A stretch of DNA of 64,000 nt from Pecten maximus. Taxonomy: Eukaryota. Positions 1-12,500 of this stretch are shown piece by piece. The notes below the pieces were generated by a model. The model had not been told where the DNA came from. It was given only the letters and a program-made list of their open reading frames with translations, and made no database searches. The DNA lies in the NCBI RefSeq assembly GCF_902652985.1, contig NC_047018.1:2418001-2482000 (forward strand), given 5' to 3'. The translations under genes were made by a program, and so were the position numbers. Each line of letters begins with the position of its first letter. Position 1 is the first letter of the stretch.

Positions 1-1170
1 GCAGTGTTAGGACTGGGACTTATAGCTAAAGAAGGGTGCAGTGTTAGGACTGGGACTTATAGCTAAAGAAGGGTGCAGTGTTAGGACTGGGACTTATACC
101 TAAAGAAGGGTGCAGTGTTAGGACTGGGACTTATACCTAAAGTGGGGTGCAGTGTTAGGACCGGGACTTATACCTAAAGAAGGGTGCAGTGTTAGAACTG
201 GGACTTATACCTAAAGAAGGGTGCAGTGTTAGAACTGGGACTTATACCTAAAGAAGGGTGCAGTGTTAGGACTGGGACTTATAGCTAAAGAAGGGTGCAG
301 TGTTAGGACTGGGACTTATAGCTAAAGTAGGGTTCAGTGTTTGGACTGGGACTTATAGCTAAAGTAGGGAGCAGTGTTAGGACTGGAACTTATACCTAAA
401 GAAGGGTGCAGTGTTAGGACCGGGACTTATAGCTAAAGTAGGGAGCAGTGTTAGGACTGGAACTTATAGCTAAAGAAGGGTGCAGTGTTTGGACTGGGAC
501 TTATAGCTAAAGTAGGGAGCAGTGTTAGGACTGGAACTTATACCTAAAGAAGGGTGCAGTGTTAGGACTGGGACTTATAGCTAAAGTAGGGAGCAGTGTT
601 AGGACTGGAACTTATACCTAAAGAAGGGTGCAGTGTTAGGACTGGGATTTATAGCTAAAGAAGGGTGCAGTGTTAGGACTGGGGACTTATAGCTACAGAA
701 GGGTGCAGTGTTAGGACTGGGACTTATACCTAAAGTGGGGTGCAGTGTTAGGACTGGGACTTATAGCTACAGAAGGGTGCAGTGTTAGGACTGGGACTTA
801 TACCTAAAGTGGGGTGCAGTGTTAGGACTGGGACGTATACCTAAAGTGGGGTGCAGTGTTAGGACTGGGACGTATACCTAAAGTGGGGTGCAGTGTTAGG
901 ACTGGGACGTATACCTAAAGTGGGGTGCAGTGTTAGGACTGGGACGTATACCTAAAGTGGGGTGCAGTGTTAGGACTGGGACGTATACCTAAAGTGGGGT
1001 GCAGTGTTAGGACTGGGACTTATAGCTAAAGTAGGGTTCAGTGTTAGGACTGGGACTTATAGCTAAAGTAGGGTTCAGTGTTAGGACTGGGACTTATAGC
1101 TAAAGTAGGGTTCAGTGTTAGGACTGGGACTTATAGCTAAAGTAGGGTTCAGTGTTAGGACTGGGACTTA
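1..1170. repeat. 37-bp minisatellite (GCAGTGTTAGGACTGGGACTTATAGCTAAAGAAGGGT), ~31 copies, intronic
   Basis: Direct tandem periodicity of 37 nt. The array ends at the GT donor (1171-1170, minus strand) of the adjacent exon. Confidence 0.97.
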
Positions 1171-1171
1171 C

Positions 1172-3470
1172 CTTTTCTGTATTGTAGAATGTTTGGGGTT
1201 CTCCACAGTACATCAACACAGAAGAAACACACAGTGGTACCTGGGGCCACATTCCTGGGGGGAAAACAAAGAACATACGAATTAGGAGGAACTGTGCTAC
1301 CATCTTAATAGATAAACTTTTTTGATATGATCATCTGATCAACTTTTTGTGAAAGTAAACAAATAAAACACAAAGTTTAGTCACAGATACAACCATCTAT
1401 TAAAGAATAGGAGAATAAACACTTCTATCAGTTCAATTGATAGATATTTTCTTGGCCATCCACAACAGTATTCATTACAGCTAGATCCTTCCTATTTGGT
1501 GAACATAATATTTTAATAAATTAATAATATTAATAAAGGCATCTCAACATCTCAGAATTGCTAGTCCATGCTATTTTTTTCCCCAGCTAAGGGAAAAAAA
1601 TGGAAAATAATGATTTCTAACTTAATTAAAAAAAAAAATTAAAACATAAGATAAGATTGCTGCTCAGGGATACTTGAGTAAACAATACAAAAAAATAAAC
1701 GTGATTTGAAGTACAACTCAAGATGACATTGGCATAGGAATTAAAAGTATCTACAAGTGATAAATATTGGCAGATATATATTTTTTTCTATCTTAATGTG
1801 ACAATTATGAGCAATGGCATTTTAATCAATTTACCCAAACTAAACATTCCTGGTTAAAATATTTTGTTTTCTTTAACAAAAACGTCAGGATCCACTTAAA
1901 TTTTTTTTTATTTAGAAACAGGAAAAACACAGAAAAAAAAGTATCTGAAATTACGTTTCCTTCATGAGCATGGTAGAGTTACGTCCGTCCTGTTTAGTTA
2001 ATCCAGTGAACGGATGAATATGCAAGTCTGTGCACTGGAGTGTCTTGGCATTGCTACCCTGTATCTCCCATTTCTCAGCATTGACGATAGTCTGTGTGTC
2101 CACACCAGCCTCGCGTGTATACCAGTCACCATGGTACTCCTCCGGTATTACACACGGCTGGTTAGGAACTTGTGAAACTGGGGAAAAAATAAAATAAAAC
2201 CTTTATTATATCTGATAAATGACAGTGATCACCATTGCCTGTTTTAACGTGGCGGCCCGCCACCCTCAGCTGGGTACCGCCACGCTTACACAACCAAATT
2301 CACTTGATCCGCCAGGCATGTAATTGTTACCTAACACCCCTATTTTGTACCGATTTCAAGCAGAAAACTGACCCGTTACTAGAGCGTCCGATACTCATTA
2401 CCTATGACCTGAATTGTTTTTACAGGTGAACGGCCTACATTATGTATATCAATTAATTATAACATATGTCAATAATTTCTCATGAAAACTGAATTTCAGA
2501 TTCAGATTCTTTATTTCCATGTGTTTCATTATGCATCCTTAATTTACACAGCATTTTAAATATAATATGGCCCATACCTTTGTCCGTAGCATAGGACTAT
2601 AATAAACGGTATTACCAATACATAGGACTATAATAAACGGTATTACCAATACATAGGACTATAATAAACGGTATTACCAATACATAGGACTATAATAAAC
2701 GGTATTACCAATACATATATAAGGACTATAATAAACAGTATTACCAATACATTTTTGCAATCTCAAGAGTACCACTTTTAGTTTCCATATTCAAAGCAAT
2801 CTTTATGATTTTTTTGGGGTCGGGGGGATAAAATATAGTCCACAAGTCTATTCAGTATGTGTATATGGCTAATATAACAATTTTATAGTGATATCGATAC
2901 ATTATATAGTAGGCAAAGTTTATGTACAATGTATTTGCCTAAATTGATGCCGACTCCCCAATCACTCCAGCTATTCTGAGGTAATGCTTGACATACAATT
3001 CAATTCATCAAAAGTCGAGTCAAAAACGTCATTCCAAAAGTAACTTTGTATACATATTCCACAAGAATTCGGCCTTGTTTAAGTTGTTTCGATGATCAGT
3101 ATGGGAACCAACATATCTGGTGGATAATGTCCGATATATATACGCAGCTGCAGCTATAGCTTATGTAGAATATGCAAGCAGTCAAAATCGCATTTTATTA
3201 AGATTTACCATTATACTTGATCAAATGATTTAATTTGTTCAATATAAGTGTTCCAAAGCCTGTGTTTCCGGAAGTATGATGAGTAACCGCGTAATGTTTA
3301 CGGGTATCTAAATAACAGGTGTTATAATGTCGTTGGATTAGATCCCTGTGTTTAAGATATACCTATAAAATATAGATTAGATGGATGTAAAACTCGCACT
3401 TACCTGCAGATCGCCATACAAGCATCAAGTTTAAACAAATCAGGGCTAGACCCTGCATACTGGGCGCCAT
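1172..3470 (-). CDS. Secreted Cys-containing uncharacterised protein, 5' exons only (resembles the invertebrate DUF7042/7043/7044-type family)
   Basis: Exons 3470-3404 (MAPSMQGLALICLNLMLVWRSA, signal-peptide-like), 2177-1955 (VSQVPNQPCVIPEEYHGDWYTREAG...NSTMLMKE) and 1254-1172 (TNVAPGTTVCFFCVDVLWRTPNILQYRK). All junctions are GT-AG with consistent phases 1, 2, 1. The family guess rests on recalled motifs C-x-x-P-x3-H-G-x-W and CxxC...R-x-x-N-I-L-Q-Y, not on a search. Confidence 0.8.
2590..2752. repeat. 31-bp tandem repeat, ~5 copies
   Basis: CATAGGACTATAATAAACGGTATTACCAATA repeated. Confidence 0.9.
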
Positions 3471-3693
3471 GTTTTCGTCTAATTCAAAATGGCGTTCTCA
3501 GGTGTGTACCGCAGGTAAAAGAGGCTCCGTGGGGGCAAACATGTTTAAGTGGAAATAATTGTTTTCTCACGGCGGAACTCGAAATTGAAAAAAGAGAGAA
3601 AACGACCAACTATAAAACTGTTTATGAACAATGTAACACTCTGATTTACAATATATCCATCATAATTTGTATGAAAAATACAATACCCTTAAT

Positions 3694-3733
3694 CAGAGAC
3701 ATATATACAGATATATATGTATATATGTCTCTG
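3694..3733. mobile_element. 40-bp palindromic micro-insertion / putative transposon excision footprint, 7-bp TSD CCTTAAT
   Basis: 16-bp perfect inverted repeat CAGAGACATATATACA with 8-nt spacer; CCTTAAT at 3687-3693 and 3734-3740. Confidence 0.85.
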
Positions 3734-3987
3734 CCTTAATGCGCCTCTTCGTAAATACCTTTTAGTTGAATAAGCGTAAGGGGAGAGAACTGTAGTCACA
3801 CGATTACGACAATGTTACGACATTGTCCGGTTTATATTATATCTGAAAGTGTTTTTTCATAGTTAAGGTTTATTTGATGGTTATATGTCCAATACTATGG
3901 TTGTATGTATGTGAAATGGCATGTGGTGGAGATAAGGCATTAATAAATTTAAGTAAAGAAGTGTGACGTAAGTTTGTTTATTTATAT

Positions 3988-4040
3988 CAGAGACCTATAT
4001 ACTAGTAATTAAATTCTATATATAGTAATATAGGTCTCTG
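3988..4040. mobile_element. 53-bp palindromic micro-insertion / footprint, 7-bp TSD TTTATAT
   Basis: 13-bp inverted repeat CAGAGACCTATAT with AT-rich filler; TTTATAT at 3981-3987 and 4041-4047. Confidence 0.85.
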
Positions 4041-4107
4041 TTTATATACGAAACCTGGATATACCCCTTATATTATTATATAATTTCGATATCATTGTAC
4101 GCGTAAG

Positions 4108-4127
4108 CAGGGACATAAACGTCCCTG
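4108..4127. mobile_element. 20-bp micro-insertion / footprint, 7-bp TSD GCGTAAG
   Basis: CAGGGAC-ATAAAC-GTCCCTG flanked by GCGTAAG at 4101-4107 and 4128-4134. Confidence 0.8.
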
Positions 4128-4387
4128 GCGTAAGCACAGAATTAATTTTATAAGTAAAACAAACAAACAAAAACAAAGAAGTGTACATTAACGTACTCAT
4201 TTCTTAATGTTTACGCCCTGGTTAAGAAATATATAAATATTACTTTACAATGCATAACTTTAACGACATCGTTTTTTTCACGCATCAAGAAGTTTTCGGA
4301 ACATTAAATGAGCAAAGTCATTATACAATATACCACTGCATTAGACGTTCTATCAATGTGTTATTATAATATATATATGTTCAGTAC

Positions 4388-5716
4388 AGGTCCTAACATT
4401 GGGATTATATGACAACACTTTACTACAGTGTAAACTGTCTATACCGACCACTTTACTGGTCCCAACATTGTAATAATATAACAGTCCTTTACTACAGTGA
4501 AAACTGTCTATACCGACCACTTTACTGATACTAACATTGTGATTATATGACAACCCTTTACTACAGTGAAAACTGTCTATACCGACCACTTTACTGGTCC
4601 TAACATTGGGATTATATGACAACACTTTACTACAGTGTAAACTGTCTATACGGACCACTTTACTGATACTAACATTGTGATTATATGACAACCCTTTACT
4701 ACTGTGTAAACTGTCTATACCGACCACTTTACTGGTCCTAACATTGGGATTATATGACAACACTTTACTACAGTGTAAACTGTCTATACCGACCACTTTA
4801 CTGGTCCTAACATTGGGATTATATGACAACACTTTACTACAGTGTTAACTGTCTATACCGACCACTTTACTGATCCTAACATTAGGATTATATGACAACA
4901 CTTTACTACAGTGTAAACTGTCTATACCGACCACTTTACTGGTCCTAAAATTCCGATTATATGACAGTCCTTTACTACAGTGTAAACTGTCTACACCGAC
5001 CATTTTACTGGTCCCAACATTGGGATTATATGACAGCACTTTAATTCAGTGTAAACTGTCTACACCGACCATTTTACTGGTCCCAACATTGGGATTATAT
5101 GACAGCACTTTAATTCAGTGTAAACTGTCTACACCGATCACTTTACTGGTCCTAACATTGGGATTATATGACAACACTTTATTACTGTGTAAACTGTCTA
5201 TACCGACCATTTTACTGGTCCCAACATTGGGATTATATGACAACCCTTTACTACAGTGTAAACTGTCTATACCGACCACTTTACTGGTCCTAACATTGTG
5301 ATTATATGACAGTCCTTTACTACAGTGTAAACTGTCTATACCGACCACTTTACTGGTCCTAACATTGGGATTATATGACAACACTTTATTACTGTGTAAA
5401 CTGTCTATACCGACCATTTTACTGGTCCCAACATTGGGATTATATGACAACCCTTTACTACAGTGTAAACTGTCTATACCGACCACTTTACTGGTCCTAA
5501 CATTGTGATTATATGACAGCACTTTACTTCAGTGTAAACTGTCTATACCGACCACTTTACTGGTCCTAACATTGTGATTATATGACAACACTTTAATACA
5601 GTGTAAACTGTCTATACTGACCACTTTACTGATCCTAACATTGTGATTATATGACAACCCTTTACTACAGTGTTAACTGTCTACACCGATCACTTTACTG
5701 GTCCTAACATTGTAAT
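4388..5716. repeat. 69-bp minisatellite, ~19 copies, in the divergent intergenic region
   Basis: Unit GGTCCTAACATTGGGATTATATGACAACACTTTACTACAGTGTAAACTGTCTATACCGACCACTTTACT; 23-aa periodicity in the ORF track. Confidence 0.96.
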
Positions 5717-5791
5717 TATCATAAATATGTTGACAACCCTCTGCATAGTGTAAACTTTTCGAACGCTGACTAACTTAACATTCAGTCTCAT

Positions 5792-5813
5792 CAGAGACGT
5801 ATACAAGTCTCTG
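5792..5813. mobile_element. 22-bp micro-insertion / footprint, 7-bp TSD GTCTCAT
   Basis: CAGAGAC-GTATACAA-GTCTCTG flanked by GTCTCAT at 5785-5791 and 5814-5820. Confidence 0.82.
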
Positions 5814-5847
5814 GTCTCATAAAATGTGTATTTTCAATACGCCTACG

Positions 5848-5875
5848 CAGAGACATATATAGATATATGTCTCTG
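5848..5875. mobile_element. 28-bp palindromic micro-insertion / footprint, 7-bp TSD GCCTACG
   Basis: CAGAGACATATAT-AG-ATATATGTCTCTG flanked by GCCTACG at 5841-5847 and 5876-5882. Confidence 0.87.
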
Positions 5876-6524
5876 GCCTACGATATGAGATGTATTTGGA
5901 CAGCCCATTAAACCGTCGATTTCTAAAATTCTAAGAAATTGCATCTATCTATGTGTGTCTAATCATATGTCACTGGTTGTACTTTTATCAAATACTTAAT
6001 TCAGATTTTTACCGAAACATCTGATTTTTTTTTTTATAGAACCGAAGCTTGGATATTGAAATCAACCACACAACCTGATATATGTCTCTGCCACAACTGA
6101 CAACAGTTGAGTGTATGACACTCACCTAGCTAATATCACATAATCAATTTTAGGCAATAAAATTTGAATCAGAAGAATAACTAAAGCTCTGATTATGATT
6201 TAGTTTACTGTTTGATAACGATCCTGCTTACAAATATTAATTAGTCATCAACTTGGCAACGTGTGGATCACATGACATTTCATAGGGGCACGTGTCGATG
6301 TTGATAAACATATAAAGCGACATCTAGTGGCAGGGCCGTGCTAATCTTTAAACCCAAAACAATAAACAAAATACAAAATTCCTATTGAAGAACAATATAA
6401 GAAATCTCTACTTAAGTAATCTACATATTAGGTTTTAAGAATTCCAGTATCCTGATATAGGTATTTATATCATGTACTAATCTCAATGATAGTATTTTTT
6501 TGCCATTTTTATAGAGACTACAAG

Positions 6525-9500
6525 ATGGCGGACGGGTAAGATGTCAAACACAAAGTGAAACAAATATTTACAAAATAGACCTTTGAACGTAACCGAAAAT
6601 CTGTTTTATGACTGTCGTAGTTTGACTTTTGATTGGAATATCAAATTTGCATGTTTCAGAAAAGATGACGGTGGTAGTTGGTGGGGGAGCTGGCTTCAGA
6701 CGGCCAAAGAAAAGGTATCCCTGCTGTTGCCTTACGTCATGTTCAGAACTGACATGATGGATAATGACTTACGAGCCATTGTTTTGTGTTGATTTGGCTG
6801 TAGAATATATATTGTTGTCTTCATTATCACACATTTCACTACTCCTCAGAATATCTTGATATACATTTAATATCATCAGGCATTGTAAAATGTACCTATA
6901 GATAAAATATTTGTCAAATATATTTGCGACATTCAATATTCGGGCAACGATTTAAAAAAATCGGACATGCGAAGTTCAATATTCAGACTACGGCATGCGA
7001 CGTTCAATAATGGCTTTGGTAAAAGTGTATTTACAAAGTTAGTTTTGATACTGCTGAAGGAATGCAGGGAAAAACAAAGACAACTCTAGTCTAGTTTAAT
7101 TCGCACAAATGTGTATTTATGGCTTTAGCAGTTGTAGGTGAAAAGGGCCATTAGGTAAAACATTAATTGTTGTAAAAGTTCAAGGAGTAGTAGTGTGCAG
7201 CCAGCCCGGATCGAACCCGCGACCCTTGGCTTACTGGTCCGCCGCTCTACCAACTGAGCTAAAGGGAAATTCCCCCTAGCCGGAAGCTAGAAGGCGACCA
7301 TACAACTATGTACAGTATTTACACTTAAAACCCGGCCTGCTACAATTGTGAATAGAATTATATACAGTGTATCTCAACAATGAAAAATTGATTCTTTTTA
7401 GGTGCAATTTGATTATCTTTATCTTTTCTCCCATTCCTTAAACTATTATAACTATATCAGATTAATATGGAATAGGAGCCTAAATCAAGATTTCTTTTTT
7501 CACTTATAATTTCTAAAGAAAATCAAAAATTGGTTGTCTGGCGATATATGAATTTTCCCCTAAGCAATAAATACCATCGCTGATATAAATAAAAAACCCA
7601 CTTGTCTGGATATGTGACCACTTGATAGTTTCACGCTATAACAAGGAAACAAACCCAAACATACTGCAGCTTCCCAAAACACACGAATCACAAGCCTGCA
7701 TCTCGCACACAGGGGGCTATCTTTAAATGACCTAAGCCATCGATAGGAAGTTAAAACAATACAAAACCAAACCAAAGCCAATTACCAAGTTTTAGAAAAT
7801 GATCTTATACTACAGTGATCTCTTATACCTCCTTCAATACGAGGGTAAACAAAGTTTGAGATGATGAAGAATGTTTTGTTCACATTGTTGCTGCTTTGCA
7901 GTGAGGATGTGTTGTAGCATATCAGTAATTGACATTATCAAGTTGTTTGGCATTGAATCAATCATTACACAGTCTAGTAGAGAGTAGTAATTAAGAGGGC
8001 ATGTAATACTACATGTTTATGCTCTAATTCGTCTAAACGGTAAATAATAAAGTCATGTAACAGCTATTTTAATAAGATTAGTTTAAATGCAGCCTGACAG
8101 TTAGCATTTTGTCTTATCTTAATTTACACATGTAGACTTAAACTCATCAAATCATGAGTTAGAAGTGTGAAGACTTGTGGTGATATTTTCAGTCTGTCTC
8201 TGCTATCGAGATGGTGAAGAAGGACCTAGCCGACTATACATGTACCATGCAGCAGGACACCACTCAGGTGATGGCAATAACATCGGAGAAAATGAAGGAA
8301 ATACAGGTAAAGTAATCAAATTTATTGATAGAATGGAAAAGGCAAATTGTTTGTGCCCTACAGATTTTAAAATATAAACACTTGGTAAACTGAACTTATT
8401 GTTCTTCAGTGGGAGCTGAGCATATTACTGGTATATGTTTTTAAAAAAGATGTGTGATCACTGAGTCATAGGTTAATCTGTATTTGATATCAGTCACGAT
8501 TAAAAAAAAATATGTCAATAAGGTATACACAAAACGTGTCATCGCAGGATGTTTGGGATAGACCACCTTTATCAAATCCATTAGTAACTGTAGATATACA
8601 GATGGTTCATACTATAGCCTATTTCAATTTATTTTACATGATACATTATATAAATATGGTACATAGCAATGAAACACAAATAATGGAAAGACAGTTTATG
8701 ACAAATGCCCTGTTCTGTCCTGAAATCTCTGACATTGATATAGTCACCTAGCCCCTGTCATGGATAAGGAGGAATTAAAGAACTGCCATCCAGTGTTAAA
8801 TCTTCCGTTCCTTTCCAAGACCTTGGAGAAGATTGTAGCCTAGCGTTTAGAGGCTCCTCTCCATGCAAACTTGTCAGGACCACTTGCTAACGGCCTACTG
8901 CATGGGACATCCCACTGAGATGACCCTCTTTCGTGATATAGCTGCCACCCTGGATAACAAGTGTCAGTTCCTACCATGCTTGATCTGTCCTCTGCATTTG
9001 TCACTCTTTACTAGCCGTCACGATCACTACGATCAGAGACAGAGTCCTGTTAAGTGTTCCAAGCCCTTGTACTGTGACTTATGGTAACTGGTGAAATGTA
9101 GCGTCCTCTTTGTGGAACAGATTACCACCTGTACCAGGAAGACCAAAACCCTGGCCAAATTAAAGAAGGTTAAAACTCACATGTCTATGTGTGGTTATAA
9201 GAGTCTCTTGCATTCTCCTGTACATGGCCTAACTGTTGACTCAATAGCATTCTCCTGTACATGGCCTAACTGTTGACTCAATAGCATTCTCCTGTACATG
9301 GCCTAACTGTTAACTCAATAGCATTCTCCTGTACATGGCCTAACTGTTGACTCAATAGCATTCTCCTGTACATGGCCTAACTGTTGACTCAATAGCATTC
9401 TCCTGTACATGGCCTAACTGTTGACTCAATAGCATTCTCCTGTACATGGCCTAACTGTTAACTCAATAGCATTCTCCTGTACATGGCCTAATTGTTGACT

Positions 9501-12500
9501 CAATAGCATTCTCCTGTACATGGCCTAACTGTTGACTCAATAGCATTGTCCTGTACATGGCCTAACTGTTGACTCAATAGCATTCTCCTGTACATGGCCT
9601 AACTGTCGACTCAATAGCATTCTCCTGTACATGGCCTAACTGTTGACTCAATAGCATTCTCCTGTACATGGCCTAACTGTTGACTCAATAGCATTCTCCT
9701 GTACATGGCCTAACTGTCGACTCAATAGCATTCTCCTGTACATGGCCTAACTGTTGACTCAATAGCATTCTCCTGTACATGGCCTAACTGTTGACTCAAT
9801 AGCATTCTCCTGTACATGGCCTAACTGCTCGACTCAATAGCATTCTCCTGTACATGGCCTAACTGTTGACTCAAAATCATCCTCCTGTACATGGCCTAAC
9901 TGTTGACTCAATAGCATCCTCCTGTACATGGCCTAACTGTTGACTCAATAGCATCCTCCTGTACATGGCCTAACTGTTGACTCAATAGCATTCTCCTGTA
10001 CATGGCCTAACTGCTCGACTCAATAGCATTCTCCTGTACATGGCCTAACTGTTGACTCAATAGCATTCTCCTGTACATGGCCTAACTGTTGACTCAATAG
10101 CATCCTCCTGTACATGGCCTAACTGTGGACTCAATAGCATCCTCCTGTACATGGCCTAACTGTTGACTCAATAGCATCCTCCTGTACATGGCCTAACTGT
10201 TGACTCAATAGCATCCTCCTGTACATGGCCTAACTGTTGACTCAATAGCATCCTCCTGTACATGGCCTAACTGTTGACTCAATAGCATCCTCCTGTACAT
10301 GGCCTAACTGTTGACTCAATAGCATCCTCCTGTACATGGCCTAACTGTCGACTCAATAGCATCCTCCTGTACATGGCCTAACTGTCGACTCAATAGCATC
10401 CTCCTGTACATGGCCTAACTGTTGACTCAATAGCATCCTCCTGTACATGGCCTAACTGTTGACTCAATAGCATCCTCCTGTACATGGCCTAACTGTTGAC
10501 TCAATAGCATCCTCCTGTACATGGCCTAACTGTTGACTCAATAGCATCCTCCTGTACATGGCCTAACTGTTGACTCAATAGCATCCTCCTGTACATGGCC
10601 TAACTGTTGACTCAATAGCATCCTCCTGTACATGGCCTAACTGTTGACTCAATAGCATTCTCCTGTACATGGCCTAACTGTTGACTCAATAGCATCCTCC
10701 TGTACATGGCCTAACTGTTGACTCAATAGCATTCTCCTGTACATGGCCTAACTGTTGACTCAATAGCATCCTCCTGTACATGGCCTAACTGTTGACTCAA
10801 TAGCATCCTCCTGTACATGGCCTAACTGTTGACTCAATAGCATTCTCCTGTACATGGCCTAACTGTTGACTCAATAGCATCCTCCTGTACATGGCCTAAC
10901 TGTTGACTCAATAGCATTCTCCTGTACATGGCCTAACTGTTGACTCAATAGCATTCTCCTGTACATGGCCTAACTGTTGACTCAATAGCATTCTCCTGTA
11001 CATGGCCTAACTGTTGACTCAATAGCATTCTCCTGTACATGGCCTAACTGTTGACTCAATAGCATTCTCCTGTACATGGCCTAACTGTTGACTCAACAGC
11101 ATTCTCCTGTACATGGCCTAACTGTTGACTCAACAGCATTCTCCTGTACATGGCCTAACTGTTGACTCAATAGCATTCTCCTGTACATGGCCTAACTGTT
11201 GACTCAATAGCATTCTCCTGTACATGGCCTAACTGTTGACTCAATAGCATTCTCCTGTACATGGCCTAACTGTTGACTCAATAGCATTCTCCTGTACATG
11301 GCCTAACTGTTGACTCAATAGCATTCTCCTGTACATGGCCTAACTGTTGACTCAATAGCATTCTCCTGTACATGGCCTAACTGTTGACTCAATAGCATTC
11401 TCCTGTACATGGCCTAACTGTTGACTCAACAGCATTCTCCTGTACATGGCCTAACTGTTGACTCAACAGCATTCTCCTGTACATGGCCTAACTGTTGACT
11501 CAATAGCATTCTCCTGTACATGGCCTAACTGTTGACTCAATAGCATTCTCCTGTACATGGCCTAACTGTTGACTCAATAGCATTCTCCTGTACATGGCCT
11601 AACTGTTGACTCAATAGCATTCTCCTGTACATGGCCTAACTGCTTGACTCAATATAGGTTATATAGCTTATATATGTTAATGTGTACATTGTGTAACACT
11701 TGAAATAAGACGTTTTATTATGTTATGTAATGTGAAGCGCATTAATTTTACAATTAGATAGTGCTCTATATAAATATTGTATACAGTATTATTATTATAA
11801 TACCAGACTCAGAAAGCATGTCTGTCTGTGTTGTACTTATACCCTCCAACTCAACGTAGACTAGTGTTTATCAATGCATGATACATTTGTGTTGTGTTTA
11901 TCAATTTTAATTCAAATTATAATCCTAAAAAATCATACTGTGAACAAGATATACATTCCAGCAATAAATCCCCTCAGCTTTGACCATCATCACGTACGGC
12001 TTAAAACAATGTTTCAATATAGTAAGATGGTTTAATGGTCAATGGCCTGGTATTCTGAACAAGTTTATGTGAACATAAAAAACTAACTGTATCCCAAAGA
12101 GTAATATTGTGAAATTTTACTTTTTTACTTAGACAAAAGAAGGTGCTCCACGCTATGGATTTGCGACATTTCTGGAAGACCTAACAAAGTCACTGGTAGT
12201 AGAGGCAGAAGACAAGTATGATAAACCGATACCGGTACCTTCTACTGATCCAATGTTTGACAGGGCCAAGGTAATTCACATTCCACTTCTACTTTGGCAA
12301 GACACATATTTCTCTGGTCAAACATAATTGTAAGATACAAAGCCTACTGTACTGCCACAATAGAGCTGACATCACCTCACAGATATATATATATCACAGA
12401 TATATCACCTCATCTAGATCCTCATCAATGTTCAATTAAGGATTTCTTCATCCTTTGGTAGAATTACCTTATTTTTAATTATCACATACATACCTTCCAT

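Noticed and set aside
7195-7268. Functional tRNA gene
   Set aside because: A and B boxes are present, but the acceptor and anticodon stems do not pair, and it is embedded in a TSD-flanked element.
9210-11652. CRISPR-like array (37-bp repeats; likewise 1-1170 and 31703-33772)
   Set aside because: Head-to-tail repeats with no unique spacers, eukaryotic intronic context and no cas genes.
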